A stretch of 64,000 nt of DNA. Source: Candidatus Eiseniibacteriota bacterium. GTDB taxonomy: Bacteria > Eisenbacteria > RBG-16-71-46 > DASYSL01. The stretch is from positions 703 through 64,702 of the forward strand of contig JANOEH010000047.1 of the NCBI GenBank assembly GCA_031413115.1, written 5' to 3'. The translations under genes and the position numbers were made by a program. Within the stretch, counting starts at the first letter, position 1, and every line of letters starts with the position of its first letter. Positions 57,996 to 64,000 of this stretch are shown here, piece after piece. Below the pieces are notes generated by a model, which was given only the letters and a program-made list of their open reading frames with translations, did not search any database and had not been told where the DNA came from.

Positions 57996-60395
57996 ATGAT
58001 CTCGAGTCGGTTCATTCTTGGGATGGCTCTGGCGCTGGTGCTGGGGTCCTCGGACGCCGCAGTCGCCCAGGTCGTCGACACGAACTTCTGGGTGACGAAC
58101 GGCATCGTCGATGCCGTCGCTGAGTCCGAGGGAACGGTCTACATCGGCGGGCAGTTCACCCGGGTCGGACCTGCCACCGGCTCCTTCGTCGGGATCGACG
58201 AGACGACGGGCAGCGTGCTGGGGCCGGTGCCCATGGTGGCGGGGGTCGTCTCGGCGGTGGCCCCGGACGGGGGCGGGGGCTGGTACATAGGAGGGAACTT
58301 CTGGGCGGTGCAGGGTGAGCCGCGCCAGGGCCTGGCTCACCTCGACGCCGCAGGCGATCTGACCGCCTGGGACCCTCAGGTCCGCAACCTCCGGGCGCTT
58401 GCCGTCGACAACGGGACCGTCTACGTGGGTGGTTACTTCAACACGATCGCCGGCCAGCAGCGGCTTCGCCTGGCCGCGATCGACGGCACGACCGGAGCGT
58501 TGCTCGCCTGGAATCCCGGCGCAGACGGGACCGTCAATGAGCTGGTCGTGTCCGGGGGCACGGTCTACGCGGCTGGCGACTTCACGCATGTCGGGGGCGA
58601 GCCGCGATCGCGATTGGCCGCGATCGACGCCGCCACGGGATCCGTCACGGGTTGGAATCCGGATCCCGATCACGGGGTCACCGCCATGGTCCCGGGCGGG
58701 GGAGTGCTCTTCGTGAGCGGCAGCTTCTTCAACATTGGCGGCCAGCCGCGGAGCCATATCGCCGCGCTCGATCTGACGACCGGAATGGCGACGAGCTGGA
58801 ATCCATTCGCCAGTAGCGTTGTCAACGCGCTTGCGCTTCGGGGTGGAACGGTCTACGCGGGCGGGGTCTTCACCTCGATCGGCGGCCAGCCGCGACCTCG
58901 CGTCGCCGCACTCGATGCCGCGACGGGGGCCGCCACGAGTTGGATCCCGGACGGCCCGAACAGTCATGTCCAGGCCCTGGCGGTGACCGATCAGGCCGTT
59001 TACGTCGGTGGAGTCTTCAGTAGTGTCGGCGGTCAGCCGCGGAACTTCCTCGCGGCGCTCGATTCGGAAACGGGAGCCGTCACGGCCTTCGATCCGAACC
59101 CGAACGAACCCGTGAGCGTCCTCGCGGCGAACGAAACCGCCCTCTTCGCCGCCGGCGGTTTCACGAGTTTAGGCGGTGTGGCCCGCACCGGTCTCGCCGC
59201 TCTCGACGTCGCGACCGGCACGGCAACGAACTGGAACCCGACCGTGGGTGCGGCGTTCGCGCTCGCCGTCGCGGGAGGTACGGTGTACGCAGGTGGGGAC
59301 CCCGGGATTTCCGCGATCGAGTCGGCGCCGGGGGCGGCCAAGATCTGGAGCATCCCCGATGGCCAGGTGCTCGATCTGTGCGTGAATGCGGGCACGCTCT
59401 ACGCAGCCGGCATCTTCCAGACGATCGGTGGAGAGACGCGTAACGGCCTCGCGGCGCTCGACGCCAAGACCGGCTCGGTCACGAATTGGGCTCCGAATCC
59501 GGGCTTGGGGTCCTTCGGCACCCCGGTCGTCTACAGTCTCGCCGTCGACGCGAACGTGGTCTACGCAGGCGGCGAGTTCTCGAGCATCGGCGGCCAGCCG
59601 CGCAACGGCATTGCCGCGCTCGATGCCGTGACGGGATTGGCCACGGCCTGGAATCCGGGTCCGGCCTTCGGCGGAGTCTCCGCATTCGCGACACAGGAGG
59701 ACCGGGTCCTCGCCGCCGGAGACTTCTTCGAGATCGGCGGCCAGAAGCGGCATCATCTCGCCGCGCTGGATGCGACGACGGCTTTGCCCACGAGTTGGAA
59801 TCCCGACCTGTTCTGGAGCCCCACCAGCCTGGTGATCGATGAAGGCACGGTGTTCGTCGGCGGCTACATCGACAGCGTCGGGGGCGAGCCGTGCAGCCAC
59901 CTCGCCGCGATCGACGGCGCGAGCGGTGAGCCGCTGAACTGGTTCCCCGAGTTGATGGGTGGACTCCCGAATGTCCCGTCAAACGTCCAGGCGATCGCCG
60001 TGGACGCGAGCCGGGTCTACGTGGGGGGCGAGTTCCGGTCGGTTGGAGTCGCGCCCAACGCCGGCTTCGCCGCGATCTTCAAGCCGGCGACGGTCGGCGT
60101 CGGCGACCCCGCACTCGGGGGTCCCCTCCGGCTCATCGCGTCTCCCAATCCGTTCACCAGCGCCTCAGAGCTGCGCTTCACGCTCCAGCAGTCGTCCGAG
60201 GTGAGGCTGGGCATCTACGATGTGAGCGGGCGACTGGTGCGCGCGCTCGACCAGGGGCAGCTGGCTCCCGGGCCGCATCACTTCGCCTGGGACGGCCGGG
60301 ACCGGGGCGACACCGAGATCCGGCCGGGGATCTATTTCGTGAAGCTGACGGCGGGCACGAGGCGGGAGACGGCGAAGATCGTGAAGCTCCGGTAG
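57996..60395 (+). CDS. Large secreted repeat protein (about 14 degenerate ~45-aa beta-propeller-type repeats) with T9SS C-terminal sorting domain
   Basis: Signal peptide MISSRFILGMALALVLGSSDAAVAQ. Repeated GGxFxxIGGQPRxxLAALDAxTGxxTxWNP units. C-terminus ASPNPFTSASELRFTLQQSSEVRLGIYDVSGRLVRAL...GIYFVKLTAG...KIVKLR matches the Por-secretion-tail (T9SS C-terminal domain) pattern. RBS gggagg. Confidence 0.85.
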   Translation: MISSRFILGMALALVLGSSDAAVAQVVDTNFWVTNGIVDAVAESEGTVYIGGQFTRVGPATGSFVGIDETTGSVLGPVPMVAGVVSAVAPDGGGGWYIGGNFWAVQGEPRQGLAHLDAAGDLTAWDPQVRNLRALAVDNGTVYVGGYFNTIAGQQRLRLAAIDGTTGALLAWNPGADGTVNELVVSGGTVYAAGDFTHVGGEPRSRLAAIDAATGSVTGWNPDPDHGVTAMVPGGGVLFVSGSFFNIGGQPRSHIAALDLTTGMATSWNPFASSVVNALALRGGTVYAGGVFTSIGGQPRPRVAALDAATGAATSWIPDGPNSHVQALAVTDQAVYVGGVFSSVGGQPRNFLAALDSETGAVTAFDPNPNEPVSVLAANETALFAAGGFTSLGGVARTGLAALDVATGTATNWNPTVGAAFALAVAGGTVYAGGDPGISAIESAPGAAKIWSIPDGQVLDLCVNAGTLYAAGIFQTIGGETRNGLAALDAKTGSVTNWAPNPGLGSFGTPVVYSLAVDANVVYAGGEFSSIGGQPRNGIAALDAVTGLATAWNPGPAFGGVSAFATQEDRVLAAGDFFEIGGQKRHHLAALDATTALPTSWNPDLFWSPTSLVIDEGTVFVGGYIDSVGGEPCSHLAAIDGASGEPLNWFPELMGGLPNVPSNVQAIAVDASRVYVGGEFRSVGVAPNAGFAAIFKPATVGVGDPALGGPLRLIASPNPFTSASELRFTLQQSSEVRLGIYDVSGRLVRALDQGQLAPGPHHFAWDGRDRGDTEIRPGIYFVKLTAGTRRETAKIVKLR

Positions 60396-60560
60396 CCTGG
60401 GACCCCATTCGCCGCAGGCGCTGGCCGCGGCCGGTCGACGGGAGATCTGGCCGGCAGATCCGCCGCTCGGGCGGAGGCGGCAGAGCTCAACCCAACCCCT
60501 TGACATGCCTTGTAGAGCTATGTATAGTCCTTCAATGCATAGAACCCTGAGCCACCCCCG

Positions 60561-60941
60561 ATGAGCATCAGCAAGGATCTGGTCGCAGCGTCGTCCACCC
60601 CTCTGGTTCTGGCCATCCTGGCCGAGGGGGACAGCTACGGCTACGCCATCCTCAAGCGGGTGCGTGAGTTGTCGGGAGGCGAGCTGAACTGGACGGACGG
60701 GATGCTCTACCCGGTGCTCCATCGCCTCGAGCGCTCCGGTCTCATCGTGGCCCGCTGGGATCAGGCCGAGTCGGGTCGGCGGCGCAAGTACTACCGGGTG
60801 ACGGAGGCCGGTCGCGGGCAGCTGGCCGAAGAGCGGCGCCAGTGGCGCGCAGTTGACGAGGCGCTCGAGAAGATCTGGATGGCCGTCGCCGCGTCCGCAG
60901 GCACCGACGGAAGTCCGACTCCCTTCCCGCAGGGAGCCTGA
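60561..60941 (+). CDS. PadR-family transcriptional regulator
   Basis: LVLAILAEGDSYGYAILKRVRELSGGELNWTDGMLYPVLHRLERSGLI PadR winged HTH. Confidence 0.9.
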   Translation: MSISKDLVAASSTPLVLAILAEGDSYGYAILKRVRELSGGELNWTDGMLYPVLHRLERSGLIVARWDQAESGRRRKYYRVTEAGRGQLAEERRQWRAVDEALEKIWMAVAASAGTDGSPTPFPQGA

Positions 60942-60944
60942 GCC

Positions 60945-62366
60945 ATGGATCGGGACTCATCGGACGCCGCGGCCGGGGACTCCGCCGAGAAGCAGATCGA
61001 CCAGTGGCGGGCGTACCTCTGCGGGAGCCGTGCGGTCACGGGCCGGGACGCGGCCGAGTTGGAAGACCACCTTCGTGAGCAGATGGCTTCGCTGGCCGAG
61101 CAGGGCCTCTCCCAGGACGAGGCGTTCCTCGTGGCCGTCAAGCGGATGGGCGCCATCGACGCCCTGACGCGAGAGTTCGCCCGGGAGCACTCGGATCGTC
61201 TGTGGAAGCAGCTCGTTCTTCCGGGCGACGCGTGGGAAGGAAGCTCCGCGGGGGCCGTCGCCCACGGGTCTCGGACGATGTGGGTCGCGCTCGCCCTGGC
61301 GGTTGCAGCGGGCGCGGCGATCAAGCTCCCGGCCCTCTTCGGGATCACGTTTCCGATGGAGGACGCCGCGGCCTCGCCGGACGAGATGTTCTACGCGCGG
61401 AATCTCGCCTTCTTCACGCTTCCCTTCATCGCCGCCTACTTCGCGTGGGAGCGGCCTCTACCCCGCTGGAACGTGGCCGCGCTGGCCATTGCATTCGTCG
61501 CTGCGGCCGGCGTCGTGAACGCCTTTCCCGTCGCACCCGCTTCGAACTCCGACACCGTCATCCTGACCATGCTCCACCTGCCCATCGTGCTGTGGCTCGC
61601 CGTGGGCGTGGCCTACGTCGGCGGCCGGTGGAGGGGAAACGAGCGGCGGATGGACTTCATCCGTTTCACCGGGGAGCTGTTCATCTACTTCGTCCTCATC
61701 GCGTTGGGCGGGGGCGTGCTCATCGGCCTGACCCTCGCCCTCTTCCACGCCATCGGCGTCGACGTGGAGCCCTACGTGGGACGCTGGATCGTGCCCTGCG
61801 GATTCGCCGGCGCCACGGTCGTCGCCACGTGGCTCGTGGAGGCGAAGCAGAGCGTCATCGAGAACATGGCGCCCGTCCTGACCCGGATCTTCGCGCCGCT
61901 CTTCGCCCTGTTGCTTCTCGCCTTCCTCGCGACGATGGTGGGGACGGGACGAGGGATCGACGTGGGGCGGGAGATCCTCATCATCTTCGACTTGCTGCTG
62001 GTCGTGGTGTTCGCGTTGCTCCTCTACTCGTTCTCGGCCCGCGATCCCGAGGCGCCTCCGGGCCTTCTCGACTGGATCCAGCTCACGCTGGTCGTGACCG
62101 CCCTCATCGTCGATGTCCTGGCGCTGTGGGCCATCGGGACACGGATCTCGGAATTCGGGTTCACGCCCAACCGAATCGCGGCCCTGGGAGAAAACGTGGT
62201 GTTGCTCGTGAACCTGGCCGGCTCCGCCTTCCTCTACGTCGGCTTTCTGCGGGGCAGGGGTGCCTTCTCGCGCCTGTGGGACTGGCAGATGTCCTATCTC
62301 TACGCTCTCGCTGCCTGGGCGGCGATCGTCGCGTTCCTCTTTCCGCCGCTGTTCGGATTCCGCTAG
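60945..62366 (+). CDS. PadR-associated polytopic membrane protein (permease-prefix domain + DUF4153-like)
   Basis: N-terminal soluble IDQWRAYL...LEDHLREQMASLAEQGLSQDEAFLVAVKRMG, then about 10 TM helices. 3 nt after the PadR stop. Confidence 0.75.
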   Translation: MDRDSSDAAAGDSAEKQIDQWRAYLCGSRAVTGRDAAELEDHLREQMASLAEQGLSQDEAFLVAVKRMGAIDALTREFAREHSDRLWKQLVLPGDAWEGSSAGAVAHGSRTMWVALALAVAAGAAIKLPALFGITFPMEDAAASPDEMFYARNLAFFTLPFIAAYFAWERPLPRWNVAALAIAFVAAAGVVNAFPVAPASNSDTVILTMLHLPIVLWLAVGVAYVGGRWRGNERRMDFIRFTGELFIYFVLIALGGGVLIGLTLALFHAIGVDVEPYVGRWIVPCGFAGATVVATWLVEAKQSVIENMAPVLTRIFAPLFALLLLAFLATMVGTGRGIDVGREILIIFDLLLVVVFALLLYSFSARDPEAPPGLLDWIQLTLVVTALIVDVLALWAIGTRISEFGFTPNRIAALGENVVLLVNLAGSAFLYVGFLRGRGAFSRLWDWQMSYLYALAAWAAIVAFLFPPLFGFR

Positions 62367-62392
62367 ATCACTCGCGCCCAGGGGGAAGCTCG

Positions 62393-62857
62393 ATGGCTCA
62401 CGCACGAGATCCGGAGGTGAATCGCATCATCGAGTCCCTGGGGCTCGCCCCTCATCCGGAGGGAGGGTATTACCGGGAGACGTTTCGTGCTTCGTCGGCC
62501 GCGATCTACTTCCTTCTGCCGAAAGGGGAGCTCTCCGCGTTTCACCGGCTCCGCGCATCCGACGAGATCTGGCATCACTGCGTCGGGGATCCCATCGAAC
62601 TCGACACGATCGATCCGGACGGCGTGCATCGGGTCACGATTCTCGGTTCCGACCTCGAACGGGGCGAGCGGCCACAGGCGATCGTTCCGGCCGGGACCCT
62701 GCAGGCGGCGGCCGTGCGCGGACACCGGTTCGCGCTGTGCGGCTGCACGGTCACTCCGGCATTCGACTTTGCCGACTTCGAGATGCCGACCCGTGACGAG
62801 TTACTGGCGGCGTTTCCTCGCCACGGGGCGGTGATCCGGCAGCGGACGAGGCTCTAG
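62393..62857 (+). CDS. Cupin-fold protein (DUF985-like)
   Basis: HPEGGYYRETF...HRLRASDEIWHH...FALCGCTVTPAFDFADFE matches DUF985/cupin_5. Upstream track ORF part is junk. Confidence 0.75.
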   Translation: MAHARDPEVNRIIESLGLAPHPEGGYYRETFRASSAAIYFLLPKGELSAFHRLRASDEIWHHCVGDPIELDTIDPDGVHRVTILGSDLERGERPQAIVPAGTLQAAAVRGHRFALCGCTVTPAFDFADFEMPTRDELLAAFPRHGAVIRQRTRL

Positions 62858-62867
62858 GGGGCCAGCG

Positions 62868-64000
62868 TCACTGCTCCGGGCCTCCGAGCACGACGACGCG
62901 CCGCACGATCGCACGGTCGCCGCGGCTGAGTCGCGCGAGGTAGATCCCGGGCGCCAGCGTGTCCGTTTCCCCGACGCGCACGGCGTGCGAACCGGCACCG
63001 CTCACCTCACGCGACCACACCCGACGTCCCGCCGCGTTGACGAGCTCCAGTCGGGCCTGCGCCGCATCGGGCAGCGAGAAACGCAGCACGACCGAGCGAT
63101 CGAGCGAGGGGTTCGGCGCGATCGGCGCAAGCGCGAACGCCAGGGCAGGGTCCCCGGGCGCTGCGACCGTCTGCTGGGGATCGAGGGACGCGGGCACGCT
63201 GACGTTACCGCTCGTGTCCGCGGCGACGATCGCGTAGTACCCGCCCGCAGGACCGACATCCGTGTAGCCCGTGTCGGGCGAGGCGTGGACGAGATTCGCG
63301 GGAACGAGTGCGGGTGCCGCCGCGTCGCGATACAACCGGAACTCGTCCAGGTCCAGGGCGGGGCTCACACCCCAATGGAGCGCGGTGGCGCCCGCCTCGT
63401 AGGCCGCGGTAAACGGGCTGGGTACCGGCGGCGCCAGGTCGTCCACCGAGAAGCCGAAGTTCTGGGTCGAGATCGCAAATCCGCCCTGCACCACCGTCAA
63501 CGCATGGACGTAGTACTCCTTGATCCCGTTGAGGCTGGCCGTCGCATTGCCGCCCGTCGCAATCTCGACTTCGGTCGAGGCCGCGTTCGCCGGCACAGTC
63601 GCGACGAGCACGCCGAGGGGGGGATCGACCCGGACGACCCGATACTCGCTCAGCACGCCGCCCGCGGTCGTCGGCTCCGCGGAGCTGCGCGTGAACGAGA
63701 TCGTCGCCGCGCCGCCTTCGTCGCCCTCCACGTCCGCGATCGCAACGATTTCGGGCGGGGATGCGAACTTCTGCACGCGCGCATTGAGGAACTCGGTCAC
63801 GTAGACGTTGCCGGCCGGGTCGGTCGCCATCATCTGCGGGGCGCCAAGCTGGCGCATGGCATCCCCGGCTTCACCCCATTCCTTCACGTAGCCGCCCATC
63901 GGGGTGAATTGCTGCACGCGTCCGTTGCTGTCGCACACGTAGACGAATCCGGCCGCGTCGCACACCACGTCGGTGGGATTGTTGAACTGCGCCGGGTTGG
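62868..64000 (-). CDS. Partial (N-terminus beyond the window end) secreted NHL-repeat protein with T9SS-type C-terminal sorting domain
   Basis: The reading frame continues upstream of the internal GTG (…NPAQFNNPTDVVCDAAGFVYVCDSNGRVQQF is NHL-like). C-terminus NPSLDRSVVLRFSLPDAAQARLELVNAAGRRVWS...GIYLARLSRGDRAIVRRVVVL matches the T9SS C-terminal domain. Confidence 0.75.
   Translation of the reverse strand, partial: NPAQFNNPTDVVCDAAGFVYVCDSNGRVQQFTPMGGYVKEWGEAGDAMRQLGAPQMMATDPAGNVYVTEFLNARVQKFASPPEIVAIADVEGDEGGAATISFTRSSAEPTTAGGVLSEYRVVRVDPPLGVLVATVPANAASTEVEIATGGNATASLNGIKEYYVHALTVVQGGFAISTQNFGFSVDDLAPPVPSPFTAAYEAGATALHWGVSPALDLDEFRLYRDAAAPALVPANLVHASPDTGYTDVGPAGGYYAIVAADTSGNVSVPASLDPQQTVAAPGDPALAFALAPIAPNPSLDRSVVLRFSLPDAAQARLELVNAAGRRVWSREVSGAGSHAVRVGETDTLAPGIYLARLSRGDRAIVRRVVVLGGPEQ

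Overview
High-GC (~70%), gene-dense chromosomal segment of about 65 protein-coding genes. Many adjacent genes are translationally coupled by 4-bp ATGA/GTGA start-stop overlaps. I found no rRNA, tRNA, CRISPR array, transposase or integrase. The content is mostly housekeeping, stress and envelope functions. These include DinB, MoaA, FolE, ErpA, arginase, a TldD/PmbA pair, photolyase, acyl-CoA dehydrogenase, GT2/GT4 glycosyltransferases and an SbcD/SbcC-like (YhaO/YhaN-type) nuclease pair. Regulators include three ECF sigma factors with cognate anti-sigmas, a TetR regulator, a PadR regulator, a sigma-54 enhancer-binding protein, and two paralogous Ser/Thr kinases (one with a TolB-like beta-propeller, one with TPR repeats). 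There is also a HigB-2/HigA-2 toxin-antitoxin pair, and two large secreted proteins carry T9SS-type C-terminal sorting domains, which together with the kinases suggests a Gemmatimonadota-like organism (inference only). Three stretches look least ordinary. First, at 27.0-28.2 kb a near-consensus sigma-54 -24/-12 promoter drives a tandem array of four paralogous small signal-peptide proteins with Pro-rich tails, with a GAF-sigma-54 activator encoded convergently. Second, a ~58-bp near-identical direct repeat duplicates the 3' end of an FAD-oxidoreductase gene on both sides of a TPR-Ser/Thr-kinase gene (55.2-57.9 kb), which looks like an insertion or rearrangement scar. Third, a TetR-controlled divergent operon encodes an SPFH protein, an Arc-like repressor, small membrane proteins and an ABC-2 transporter, with TetR itself co-transcribed with an ECF sigma factor. 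Many long Arg/Gly/Pro-rich ORFs in the six-frame track are antisense or N-terminal-extension artefacts of high GC and were rejected.
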